A DNA stretch of 64,000 nt. Source: Squalus acanthias (Eukaryota). Made by a program: the position numbers and the translations under genes. Location: contig CM059438.1 of the NCBI GenBank assembly GCA_030390025.1, positions 52,950,001 through 53,014,000 of the forward strand. The letters are read 5' to 3'. Under the pieces are notes generated by a model. That model did no database searches. It had not been told where the DNA came from and was given only the letters and a program-made list of their open reading frames with translations. Below, one piece after another: positions 26,123 through 38,757 of the stretch (position 1 is its first letter; each line of letters begins with the position of its first letter).

Positions 26123-26930
26123 GGGCTGGATTTTGTGAATGGAGACGTGCTGGAGGTGGGACTGCTGCTTGTCGGGTCTCAGTCCCACCTCCATCAGCCT
26201 CTGGCCAACCAGCGGGATTTTCCCCTGATTGACCTTGTTAAGCCCGCCCTGCGGGCTCAGCAGGCCAATTAGGGGGAAGTCACTGACAGAGCACGTCAAC
26301 GTCTGACGTGCTATCTGTCAAGACTTCTTGAAAGAAGAAATGTCAGCGTTTGACAGCTCTGTGTAGTTTGATGAGCTCTTGTGTTCAGGATTCATCAAAC
26401 CTTTCTAGTTTGTAGAAATCAGATGACTGTTGGTTTGGCGGATCCAACAGCCAGTCTGTGAAATCTACAATGAAGATGTCGGGACTCCGGATCCAGAGCG
26501 GCTGAAGGCTGTAGGCAGAAACAAAGGTAAGTGAACATTTTATAACACTTTACACTCACCTCACATACTTACCACTCCACACTTGCACCCATCACTCACC
26601 TCTACATTGCACTTTCAGACCCCTCCAACCCCCGCAGACCTCCTACTCGACTCCTCCACCCCGGCGGGGTTCTCCGAGGTCGGGAAGCCTGCACTTGAAC
26701 AGGTAAAATGGGACTAATCCTTTTTTCTGTCTGTTAACTATCTGTTAACAGGCAGTTAAAAGGATTTAACCCCTTTCCCGCCTCGAGGAGATTGGACCCG
26801 GGGCAGGACGGCTTCCCGCCTCCTGGCAAAAGGGCATGGAGGCGGGATTGCCATCCGCCCCCACTTTCTGCAACTTTACCGGCAGTCCCGCCTCCATACC
26901 CGCCTCCTCAGGGCTGACAAAATCCAGCCC
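26123..26930. mobile_element. Harbinger-type MITE (808 bp)
   Basis: Perfect 14-bp TIR GGGCTGGATTTTGT / ACAAAATCCAGCCC and TSD TAT on both sides. Confidence 0.9.
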
Positions 26931-27813
26931 TATGTTTCTGCCCATTTTTTTACTTCAACTGATAAGGAATACATGGAGCTGTTTTTTCTTACCTCCCCCC
27001 ACCTGGGTGCACGTCAGGCAGAGTGCAATTGAAATGACCTGCTGTTGGTTCACATCATTACCTCCTTTTGGCAGGACCTATCCCTAAAATGGAAGTGGTA
27101 ACTGACTGAGAGCCCAGTGCTAATGGCTGCTAGCTGTGGGGCCTTCTGACTACTGACCAAAAACATCGTTGAAAATCTACCTGGGGCCATGGAAAAATGG
27201 TGCCACTTACCTGTTTCAGCCTTCATGGCCTTGCTGCCTGCTCCTCTCAAATGTTCCAATATGAATGGGGCTGGATGCAAGACACAAGGTGAACTTCTTC
27301 TGGTCACTCTTCCTAATGGATGCTCACTCAGCAGTGAGACAGGAAAATGAACTAAGAGGCATCACTGCGTTCCTCCCGCCTAATATGCCTACTTGCATCT
27401 GCTGTAGGCAGTAGTGGTCCTCACTATCTCGGGGGATTCCAGGAAATCTCCAGACAATACAACAGGGATAGAGCCTAATAAGGCCTGACGGCAAGACCAC
27501 AGCAGATTGGTCCGCTGGTCTCATTAGGATAATACCAGTGACCTGCAGGCACCAGTCACGGTCCCAGAGGCAGCTCGCCAGGGGAGTGAATTCAGCCAGC
27601 TGCGATGCCAGCCGAGACCCTCAGGGAGGGAGACAATTGGGATGGTGGCAAGAGGTGGGCGGCATTGCCTTGCGGCTTTAATGTGAAGCCAGGAGGAGCA
27701 CTTTCATCAGGCAAGTAAAAAAATTATGAAGTTACCTTTTGGGTGGCAGCCTCCAGCGTTCCCTTTAAGGACAGGTGCTTTGGCTGCTGTGCATCTGAGA
27801 AAATTGACTGCAG

Positions 27814-29320
27814 CATAGAAACATAGAAAATAGGTGCAGGAGTAGACCATTCGGTCCTTCGAGCCTGCACCGCCATTTAATGCGTTCATGGCTGAACATG
27901 CTACCTCAGTACCCCATTCCTGCTTTCTCGCCATACCCCTTGATCCCCCTAGTTGTGAGTATTATATCTAACTCCCTTTTGAATATATTTAGCGAACTGG
28001 CCTCAACAACCTTCTGTGGTAGAGAATTCCACAGATTCACCACTCTCTGGGTGAAGAAGTTCCTCCTCATCTCAGTCTTAAATGGCTTCCCCTTTATCCT
28101 TAGACTGTGACCCCTGGTTTTAGTTTTCCCTAACATTGGAAACATTCTGCCCGCATCTAATTTGTCTTAACCAGTCAGGATTTTAAACGTCTCTATAAGA
28201 TCCCCCCTCATTCTTCTGAACTCCAGAGGATACAAGTTCAGTTGATCCAGTCTTTCTTGATATGTCAGTCTGGCCATCCCAGGAATCAATCCAGTGAACC
28301 TTCGTTGCACTCCCTCAATAGCAAGAATGTCCTTCCTCAAGTTAGGAGACCAAAACTGCACACAATACTCCAGGTGTGGCCTCACCAAGGCCCTGTACAA
28401 CTGTAGCATCACCTCCCTACTCCTGTACTCAAATCCCCTTGCTATGAAGGCCATCATGCCATTTGCTTTCTTGACTGCCTGCTGCACTTGCCTTCCCACC
28501 TTCAGTGACTGATGTACCATGACGCCCAGGTCTCGTTGCACCTCCCCTTTCCCTAATCTGCCACCATTCAGGTAATAGTCTGCCTCCCTATTTTTACCAC
28601 CAAAGTGGATAACCTCACATTTATCCACATTGTACTTCATCTGCCATACACTTGCCCATTCACCCAACCTGTCCAAGTCACTCTGTAGCCTCCTAGCATC
28701 CTCCTCATTGTTCACACTGCCTCCCAATTTAGTGTCATCCGCAAATTTGGAGATATTACAATTAATCCCTTCGTCCAAATCATTAATATATAATGTAAAC
28801 AGCTGGCGCCCCAGCACCGAACCCTGCGGTACCCCGCTGGTCACTGCCTGCCATTCTGAAAAGTACCTATTTACTCCTACTCTTTGTTTCCTGTGTGCCA
28901 ACCAGTTCTCAATCCACGTCAACACATTACCCCCAATCCCATGTGCTTTAACTTTGCACACCAATCTCTTGTGTAGGACCTTGTCGAAGGCCTTCTGAAA
29001 GTCCAAATACACCACATCTACTGGTTCCCCCCCGTCCACCCTATTGGAAACATCCTCAAAATATTCCAGAAGATTTGTCAAGCATGATTTCCCTTTCACA
29101 AATCCATGCTGACTTGGACCTATCATGTCGCCACTTTCCAAATGGTCTGTTATGACATCTTTAATAATTGATTCCATCATTTTACCCACCACCGATGTCA
29201 GGCTGACCGGTCTATAATTCCCTGCTTTCTCCCTCCCTCCTTTTTTAAAAAGAGGGGTTACATTAGCCACCCTCCACTCCTTCGGAACTGATCCAGAGTC
29301 TAAGGAATGTTGGAAATAGT
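27814..29320 (-). mobile_element. 5'-truncated, relatively young CR1 LINE C
   Basis: Long open RT frame ([42 protein letters not shown]) and (TTTCTATG)-type tail at ~27815. Confidence 0.92.
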
Positions 29321-29984
29321 ATGCACAATAGTCTAATGCCAGTTTCAAGCAGGCACCCTGGGCAACTAAAAGGCGCCAACCTACATGGCATGCAGCACAT
29401 TTCCAGTGCAGACTGAGGGTGAAAGGGGAATCCAAATGTTGATAGCACAAAATTGGTGATACATTTCTAAGAGAGTTCAGGGGCATGCTTCGCCAGAAAC
29501 AATATGAATAGTTACATGAAAAATTATGCATTTTGGTTAAAATTTTGCATTTTTTTTACTTCACAATGAATGGATTTTTAATCTAAAAATAGGAAAAGAA
29601 AATTGACATTTAGATTTTCAACAGAGTAAGCAGAGCAACACTTACCAAAAAGTTACCTAAACAGTCCATTCCTCACATCCATCCTTGCCACTGCCCCAGA
29701 TCACACAGGCACTCTACCCCCTCTAGACCAAGTTCACAAAGACACTACTCCCCACCCAAGTGCTTTAGTACATCCTGAGATTATGAAAGGCAATATATAA
29801 ATGCAAGTTCTTTCTTTCTTACTGAAATATGCACCAAGAAGTGTCTTGCAGGTTCGAGTTGATGCTTTTCCTGCTGTGTTTGCATCGGGACACCTGAGAA
29901 GCAGCAGTTCACAGGGCCAGAGACAGAGGGCCAATTCACCACGCTGTAAATTCTCCTCTGCCCTTCTGCCACTGAAACACTTGC

Positions 29985-30552
29985 ACCTGCCTTTGTCAGC
30001 TCTAGGCTTGATTACTCCAATGCTCTCCATGTGGCCTCCCTTCCTCTACCCTCCATAAACTCCAACTTGTTCAAAACTTTGCTGCTTGTATCCTGTCCCA
30101 CACTAAGTCCTGCTCGCCCATCACCCTTGCCTTCACTGACCTACACAGGCTACTTGTCCCTCAAGGTTTTAAATTGAAAATCTTGTCCTCAATGTTAAAT
30201 CCCTCTGTGGCCTCACCCCACCCTATCTCTGCAATCTCATCCAGCCCTATGAATAGTCCAGTCCTTTAGTCTTTTGTTCATTCCCAACCACCCCACCCCA
30301 CACCCCCATCCTTCACGGCAGAGCCTTTAGCTGCCTGGGTCCCACATTCTGGAATTCCATCCTAAGCCTCTTTTTCTCTCCATCCCCCTCTCCTCCGTTA
30401 AAAATCTCCTCAAAGCCCATCTCTGCGACCAAATCTTAGGTCACCTCTTTGAACCTCTCCCTTCCTGGCTTGGTGCCTGTTTTCCTTATGCCTACCTATG
30501 AAGTGCCTTGGGACGATCATTACATTAAAGGCATTTTATAAGTGTAAATTAT
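29985..30552 (+). mobile_element. L2 LINE 3' fragment
   Basis: RLDYSNA.., HPCLH/LPV..FKIL-like remnants and L2 3' UTR similar to 5500-5760. Confidence 0.65.
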
Positions 30553-30988
30553 TATGGGATGGTCTGGAACCGACCTTGACATAGGGCTTGAAGTTCTGCA
30601 GTTTTTCACCATGATGGCGGAACTTATAGATGTTAGGGGTGATGTCAGCTCAGTCATTTACAGGTACAGCTGGTGCCTGGAGAGCAGCAGTTTCAGCACC
30701 ACACAGCAAAAATCACATTATCTGACCTGGTGTTAAGCCCAGGGTGGTGTCTCAATTGACAGGAACACAGGTCAGACAATCGGGAGCAGGAGTTAGCATA
30801 CGCGGTTTGCAGCACTCCCAACTTTCGGACAGTGCACCAAATCCTCCAATTTACAATCCTGCCAAGTTAAACACTTCATCGGAAGCAGAGCCTTGCAATT
30901 TTGGGACAATAATTTCTGTGTGCTTTAAAAGCTTTTCATTCATTGGTGGAATATGTTTACTATAGTGTCATGATAATAAAACTCGTAC

Positions 30989-31146
30989 CTTTTCAATAGT
31001 GTCAGAACAGATTTTGCAGTGTTAGAATCCAAGCCTGTTGTCGGCTCATCCAGAAACAAGACAGGAGGATTCGTAATAAGCTCCATGCCAATGTGTGTTC
31101 TTTTCCTTTCCCCACCAGACACACCTCGGATCAATTCTGTACCAAC
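30989..31146 (-). CDS. ABCG2: ABCG2-like exon (equivalent to exon 6): ABC signature and Walker B
   Basis: [56 protein letters not shown] boundaries; 158 bp, phase compatible with neighbours. Confidence 0.95.
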
Positions 31147-32266
31147 CTGAAAACACGAGGCTGCTTAAACGTACCTCCATTTTACAAATGTCATCATCTT
31201 AAACTTTAATTCATTTTTACTTGTTTACCAAAATAAGTAGCTCCAGCAGAAATCACAATTTAAACTGGTTTTGTTTTTGGAGCTTTGTGAATTTGACAAG
31301 TTAGCATTTGTGCAGGGTGCAAATTCCTAATAGGTGTTCCCATCATGGAAACTCTGCACTGTAATTTGTAATTGCTAATTTGTTAGATGTATGCCATCAG
31401 CATTAGGGATTTGTTGGATTAGTGGGACTGCTTTGTTTTTCTTATTAAAGTTTTTTGACAACGACATTGCCAGAAGTCGCAGCATTAGGTTTTGTTCTCA
31501 GTAATTGCCAGCTGTTGATCATTGACATTAAAAAAAACTCCACTGCACCAAGGACTTGACATTCCTCCTTAGTGATACTATAAGAAATTTGATATGAGTC
31601 CACACTTCTTGCCAGTTTAACAGGGCAGGGCTGGATCATATTTTCCATGAAATGTAAATGTGCATGGGAGAGAGGCTACACCAGTTCTTTTTGGTGTGGG
31701 ACAGGCCAACTTCTTCATCTGCATCCACTATAAGGGTTTGTCAGTTGCCATTTTGTCTAATGTGGAACGGAAGTGCATCAGCTTCTATGCAATTTTCATG
31801 GAGGAGGCAATCTGAATCATAGATTTCTGCCAGTCTAGCTTGGTTGGGAGGGCTTTGTTGGAGTTTCCTGCCGATCGAAGTGTGCGTGTGTGTGTATGTG
31901 TGTTTCTGCTTCCGTGTGTGTGTACCGGTTTCTTAACTGCTTGTGTGTGGGAGTGGAAAGTGGATTTTCAAAAAATCCTAAAGGCCATGGCGGAGAGTTA
32001 ATGAATTCTTTTATACCCGGGTTAAATAAAACATTAGAAAGACACAAATTGGTGCCATTGTTAATGAAAATATAAATATTGCTACACATAATTTGATTAA
32101 AAGTTTAACAAAATTTAAGACTGTAAAAATTGGATGAGTGAAATTGCCAGCTTTTAAAAAACTTTTTACACAACTGAACTTGTTCTCACAGTAATTTTCT
32201 CAGTAATTTCCCAACTTTTGTTAAGAAATACTATTTGGTCATTTATCCAGCTGTTCTCTGTCATAC

Positions 32267-32419
32267 CTTGCTGTCAGACACCTTGGTTAGTCCAAGTTGA
32301 GAGATGATTTGATCGACCCTTTCTTCTTTCTCCTTGAACCTGATTGAACTAGGCAATCTCAATGCTGCGGAGAACAGCAAATTCTCTCTCACAGTCAATG
32401 TTCCCATGATAATATCGTC
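32267..32419 (-). CDS. ABCG2: ABCG2-like ABC half-transporter, internal exon (equivalent to human exon 5)
   Basis: cag|...|gtat boundaries; 153 bp translating to DDIIMGTLTVRENLLFSAALRLPSSIRFKEKEERVDQIISQLGLTKVSDSK, resembling the ABCG2 NBD after the Q-loop. Confidence 0.93.
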
Positions 32420-33498
32420 CTGTGAGGCGACACAGTTTAAAATCTAATTAAAGCAACAATTCTCATCAGTCTAGAATATAGTGTTGGTGCTACTCATGGA
32501 TTAACTGTGGGTTACTAAAAGTCTTTGAGAGAATTTACTTATGCTGGTTTTCTCCAATTTTACTGTCTGGGCTAAAATGTGGGCTACATTTGCCCCACAG
32601 CAAGCCAGTCAATGAAAAGAAAGTAGTACTAAACTTAGTCAGCTGTGAACTGCATTAGGAAGCATTTGAACAGCTAGCCTAGTAGTGGGTAGACAAGCAA
32701 AGATGTTTACTGAGTGAAATTACTGTAGAATTGGGCATTTCAGAGCAAGGGAAAGAAGGAAGGGTTATTGGCTAGTCATTGCAAACCCTACTGCAAGAAA
32801 TCAGGGAAAGGAGATGCACACTTATGAGACTGATGGTCACCCTCCCCTGTGCAGAATCACATGGTGCATGACGCATAGGAGGAGGTGGCAGAAAGCATGC
32901 CGCATCAGTCAGCCACTATACTATTCGACGCAGCTGACTGACATATAGAGCCCTCACAATGCACATCTCAAGGAATTCTAAGGCCACCAGAACGCCAACA
33001 CTGCAGCCAGCCAGCATATTCACTCCATACACTATGGAATAACTTAGAAGTTAGACATCACACACAATCCAACAGCACAGAGAAGCACCATGGCAGAATT
33101 CATTGACATCCTACACACATTACACAATCTAGAACAGATATTAAATTCAGTGCATAGAGCATGTGTTTCATTGAAAACTCCTCATGTAAACCAGCTCTCA
33201 TGAGAAATCTCATTCTAAAAGATTTTCTAATTACCTATGATAATGGTTGATGGTGCTGTGGTGTCACACCTTGCCTGTAACATTACAGCTATACCTAGAA
33301 TTTTTGGGGTTCTTCCGATCTTCCACCATAACTTCAGCAGAAACCCTGGAGAAGTGGTGTGAATGCTGTTTCTCCATTTCCACCAAACTTACAGTGGGAG
33401 ATTGTGGAAATTCATAATCATAACTTGTTTTCCCCACTTAAATTACTTCTGAAAAAATTCTACTAGTCATTTATTCCCACAGTAATTGAAATTCTTAC

Positions 33499-36400
33499 GA
33501 GGTAAAATTGGATTGGTTAGCAGCTCCCGTTAGTGCCTCCGGGGGGGCACTAACGGGGCACTAGCAACTTAGCGCCCGAGTGCGCCGATTTTAACGGCAC
33601 CCGCGAAATTGACCTGACGCTTTGCGGTGGCACTAAACACAACCACCACGATCTCCTGCGCCCGGAGATCATGACGTCATGCAAGCGTGCAACACCCCGG
33701 TAGCGCCCCAGACCGGAAATTGATTCTCGTCCCCTGCCTTAGCGCCTGCCGCTAGGAACGACAGGTAGAGGGGGACGTTTTGCAGTCGGCAAGGAGCTGG
33801 GGGAGCGCTATTTAAAGGTGTGCGCTTCCTGCTTTTTCTTGTCGGCAAAATTTTTGGCATACGCAGGTTGAGGGAGAGACACATCTGGAGAGATTTCACG
33901 CTGTCCTATGAGGAGTTTTGGTCCTGAGCAACACGTTTCAGGTTCCTATTTCTCCGAGCTTCATATTTACCATATTTAGAAAATTAAATGGGGGCTGTAG
34001 TAACTCGGGGCGTCGTCCTCCAGCTTCACCTTCGGAGGCAGCAGAGAGAGAGTGGCAAACGTGGCCAGAGGGAGGAGGGCCAACAGGCCTCTGCACAGGA
34101 GACCTTACCCTCCCAGGGTATTCCGGGAGCAATTCTCCTATATTCATCTGTCCGAGTAGCAGTGTTTCAGAAGGCTGCGCTTCAGCAAGGAGGTGGTCAC
34201 TGAGCTGTGCCACCTCCTGCAACCAGATCTGCAGCCTCAGCTCAGGACCAGGACGTCTCTGTCAGTGGCAGTGAAAGTGACGGTGGCTCTCAATTTCTAT
34301 GCCAGCGGCTCCTTCCAGGCTTCAATTGGGGACATAGCAAATATCTCCCAGTTCGGTGTCCATTGCTGCATCCGGAAAGTCACAAATGCGATGTACAAAA
34401 GGAGAAGGGAGTGCATCTCTTTCCCCATGACCCGGGACAAACAGCGTGAATGAGCATGTGGCTTCACTAGGATAGCGGGCTTCCCCGTGGTTCAGGGTGC
34501 CATTGACTGCATGCATGTGGCATTGCGGGGACCTCAAATGCAAAGGTGTTCCGTAACCGCAAAGACTTCCACTCTCTGAATGTTCAGTTGGTGTGCGACC
34601 ACAGACAGCTCATCCTCGCCGTCAATGCCCGCTATCCTGGCAGCAGCCACGATGCTTTCATCCTGTGCCAGACTGGTGTCCCAGATCTCTTCCAACCAAC
34701 ACGTCAACCTCATGGCTGGCTCCTCGGGGACAAGGGTTATCCACTCTGCACTTGGCTGATGACACCGCTCCGTAACCCCAACACTTCTGAGCTCTCATAC
34801 AATGAGAACCATAGCGCCACCAGGAACCTCATTGAGCAGACGATCGGCGTCTTGAAGCAATGGTTCTGGTGGCTTGACCACTCTGGAGGAGCCCTGCAGT
34901 ACTCTCCCGAGCGAGTCTCGCTTTTCATTGTTGTGTGTTGCATGCTTCACAACCTCGCAATTATGAGGACACAGCCATTGCCACCAGGGATTGGTGCACC
35001 ACTTCAGGAGGAGGAAGAGGGAGAGGAGGAGGAGGAGGAGGAGGAGGATGAGCAGCACCAACTGGGAGGAAGGCGTACAATGTTGCCTCTGCAAGGGCCG
35101 TCCATGAACGCCTGATAAGACACCGCCTCTGATAAATGCCAGAGAAGATGACTTCTGGGATGAACAAGCACATCATCGCAAGCATCCCGCAGCCTCTATT
35201 GCCGGGCAAAGCTCCAATGAGTCAAATGAGCAAAGTTGTAAAGTTCCAATAATTTTTTTTATTTATATGACAATTCAGGACAAACAATTACAAACAAACA
35301 CAACAATTCATAAACTAACAATACTCGGTCTTATCACATTGAGATAAGCATCAACACAGCAAACAAATATATTAAGATGAACATCAAACTTTGCCACAAA
35401 CATTCCCCCCATTTATTGCATAATTTTTACTTTTCGCCCTTCGAGGGCGATCTCCATCCCCTGCGCACTTTCCCCCTTCCCACCCTACTGCTCCTCCTGA
35501 ATGCTGGATCCAGAGACTGCAGCTGGCCTTGAAGTACGCCCTTGACCAGCTCTGGGCCTGGAGGGCCTGGCTGCAGACTGCACCAACTCTGCATGGGCGG
35601 CAGCAGTCTGGGCTGGCTGTGTTGCAGGCTGTGGCAAGTGCAGTGGCTAAGTGGCAGTTCTGGCAGCAGGAATGCTGTCATCCTGAGAGAGGACAGCACC
35701 TTCCTGCTCGACCAACACACTGCCACTCCCCCGGGGCAGAACCTCAGCATCCGGAGCAATCTGCTCGAGCACAGATTGCTGGCCTGCTGCAGCACCGTGA
35801 GATCCCCGGTGGACTGTGGGCGACCCAGCGACGGTGGCAGCAGTCAGCGCTTGTGTGGCATCAATCTGAGACTGCATGAGAGCAGTCTGAGACTGGATGG
35901 CACCAGCCAATGACTCGATTGCAGCACTAAGCCGTTGCGTTGCGTCGGCCTGTGCTGCACTAGATCCTGCCACCTCACCCATTACACGCGGCATGGGCTC
36001 TGGTTCCCCACAGTCTCCCTGCAATTCAACCATCCTCTTCAATGAGGCAAGCTTGCGCACAGATGACAGCTGTGCTGGCGGCGGACTCCTCCACGCTCCT
36101 AGCCAGTGCATCCATGCTGTCGGGCACCCTTGCCATTGCACCCATGAGCTCCGTATGCATGCTCATTGCCTGAGTATTCATCGCCACTATATCGAGGTCC
36201 TCATCAGAGTCCTGTGCAGCAGAACTCGTGCGCGCACTCACCCTCCGGGGAGATGGTCCCCGAGCTTCCCTTCCCCCATGGCATTTCTGCAGGCCACTGG
36301 GTCCTGGAGCTTCACCCACATCAGATCAAAACCCCCTGCTCCCCTCCAGGGAATTCGTGGCCCCAATGTCGGAAGTGTCACCCTCGGGAGACGCAGGCGG

Positions 36401-37277
36401 TGAGGCTCCGCCTTCCTCTTCCTCTGGTGCGTCGCTGGCACTGGGAGGCTGAGGGACAGGCTGGTCAGCTGGTGGTTCACTATCTGAAAGCAGGAAGGTA
36501 CAAGACTGGCTTTAACATGAGGGCAGGGGGGCAGGAAGGGAGCAAGGACTGGAGACAGTTAGTTAGATTGAAAGTGTAAAAGGCTTGTGTTGTGAGGGCG
36601 AAGTGGTATGAGAGAGGAGAGAAAGCTGATTAGCATACCGTTGCTGTTCCCAAGGGGGTCAACCTCTCCAATGGCCACAGCGCCTACTACCTGGCTCACA
36701 ATGAGTCTGTGGACTCTCTCCTCCAATTCTGTGAAGGGGTGCAGCTCCGCCTGTCCTCCTCCCGTCTTCTGTTGCTCTCGGCTGTTATGTGAAAGCTTGG
36801 ACTGCAAGAAAAAGGACAGCGTGTGAGTGAGTGTGCAGCCATGTGTTTGGCAGATGTGCCTACCATAGTTGAACAGCTGTTAATGTGTGTAAGGTGTGGG
36901 ATGTGCATGTGACTTTTATGAGATGGCCATAGTTGTTGGATGAGTGTTGGGCATTTGGGTATTTACACCGTCTGTGCACAGAGTGAGGTTGAAATGGTGG
37001 GATGTAGAGGTATTGAAAAGCAGGTACTCACCCTGACCACCCGAGTGAGGTCGTTGAACTTTTTACAACACTGTGTATGTGTCCTTTGGACCAGGCTCTA
37101 TGATAACATATGCTGGGCCACCTCCCTCCACACTCATCGGAACTCCTGGGGCAATGGCCTCCTGGAAAAAGCACTGCCTGTCACCGTTCAACAGCGCCAA
37201 CCAGAGCCACCAATGCCTGGTCGCTAAAGTGCTGAGCTCTCTCCCTGGGCCTCTGAGTATCCATCACAAATGTGCTC
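33499..37277 (+). mobile_element. Harbinger transposon H4: decayed transposase (+, 33988-~35115) and convergent three-exon Myb gene; right terminus lost
   Basis: Left end GAGGTAAAATTGGATTGGTTAG resembles the H2 TIR; GAIDC, PGSSHD, LLGDKGY, CCMLHN motifs with frameshifts and stops. Confidence 0.88.
35427..37264 (-). pseudogene. Harbinger Myb/SANT-like gene of H4 (exons ~37264-37032, 36801-36639, 36483-~35427)
   Basis: [41 protein letters not shown]|gtgagt; exon 2 SKLSHNSREQQKTGGG; same exon layout as H0/H2. Confidence 0.82.
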
Positions 37278-38757
37278 GTGTGCTGCCGCTGCTGCTGGTC
37301 GATAGACCGGCACTCTGTCCTCCTCCAGCTCCTCCTCCTCCTGCTCCTCCTCCTCTTCATCTGAGGAGGCCTGGAACTGAGCCACTTGCTCAACAGGAAG
37401 CTGCAAGCCACGACGCTGTGCGATGTTGTGCAGTGCACAGCAGACCACGACCATTCTGGAGACCCTGTATGGTGTATACTGCTGGGCTCCACCTGATCGG
37501 TCAAGACATCGGAAGCGCATCTTCAACAACCCAATGGTTTGCTCGATGATGGACCTAGTCGAAGTGTGGCTGGCATTGTAGCGCTCTTCAGCCTCGTTAG
37601 CTGACCTCCTGATCGGTGTCATTAGCCACTTCTTCAGGGGGTAGCATTTGTCACCAAGGAGCCATCCGTTAAGTTGGTTTGGCGGATTGAAAAGCGGAGG
37701 AACACTAGAGTGCTGCAGGATGAAAGAGTCATGGCAACTACCACAGAACTTGGCGCAAACGTGCAAAAACTCCTTCTTGTGGTTACAAACCAGCTGTACG
37801 TTGAGGGAGTGGAAGCCCTTTCGGTTGACAAAGATAGCAGGGTTGTGATGGGGTGCCCTAAGGGCCACATGTGTGCAGTCTATGACGCCCTGCACCATTG
37901 GCATGCCTGCCATATTTGCAAAGCCAACCGAACGCGCGGTTATACTTGCTTGATCCCTTGAGAACTGGATATAATTGTGCGCCTTTGCGAAAAGGGCATT
38001 GGTAACCTGCGTGATGCAACTGTGGGTGGCTGACTGGGAGATGCCGCTGATGATCCCTGGAAGGAGCCTGAGGCAAAGAAGTTGAGTGCGGTGATGACTT
38101 TGACAGCCACTGGTAAGGGGTGTCCACCCGTTCCTCTGGGCACCAGGTCTTGCTGCAGCAGTCCGCAGATCTCTCGGACAATCTCTCGCGAAAGGCTCAG
38201 CCTCCTTTGGCACTGCTGCTCACTCATGTTGAGCTAGCTCATCCTCTGTCTGTAAACCCTGTGTTGGGGTTATCTCCTGCGGCGAGGTGCCTCGATGCGC
38301 TGGCGCCTTCTGCCCTGTGCAGCATCAGGTGGGTGAACAGGAGGTTGGGGCTCCTGCTGCTGTTGCTGCTGAGCTGCCTGGTTCTGCTGCTGCCGTGGAT
38401 GCTCCTCATCCGAATCTGAGGTCCATGGTGAAAGGAAATGAATGGTTCCCATGCTGCTGGCAGATGCCTCCATTGGGGAAGCACTCATTGCAAGCGGGGA
38501 GAGGGTCTTCCAAGGAGGTCCCACAGTTGATAGATACAAGCTGCAGCACCTCTGACTTCGGAAGGCCTGCTAAAAGTGCTGATAGACCTTTTAAAGCAAA
38601 GTTCTGCCACCTGCAACTAATCCCTGATGAAAGCTCCATTTTAATGTTGGAGCTGCAGCTGTGAGGAGGCAACCCACTTGTCAACCCGCCAGGTTTAGCT
38701 GGCATGGTTTAGGAGGGTCGTGGAACATGCTGAAAATGTCAAAAAATAACGAGGGCC
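37277..38757 (-). pseudogene. Harbinger transposase H5 (different family) with 5' region; host site of the ERV
   Basis: [54 protein letters not shown]; two N-terminal stops and a 10-bp deletion near 38048. Confidence 0.9.
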
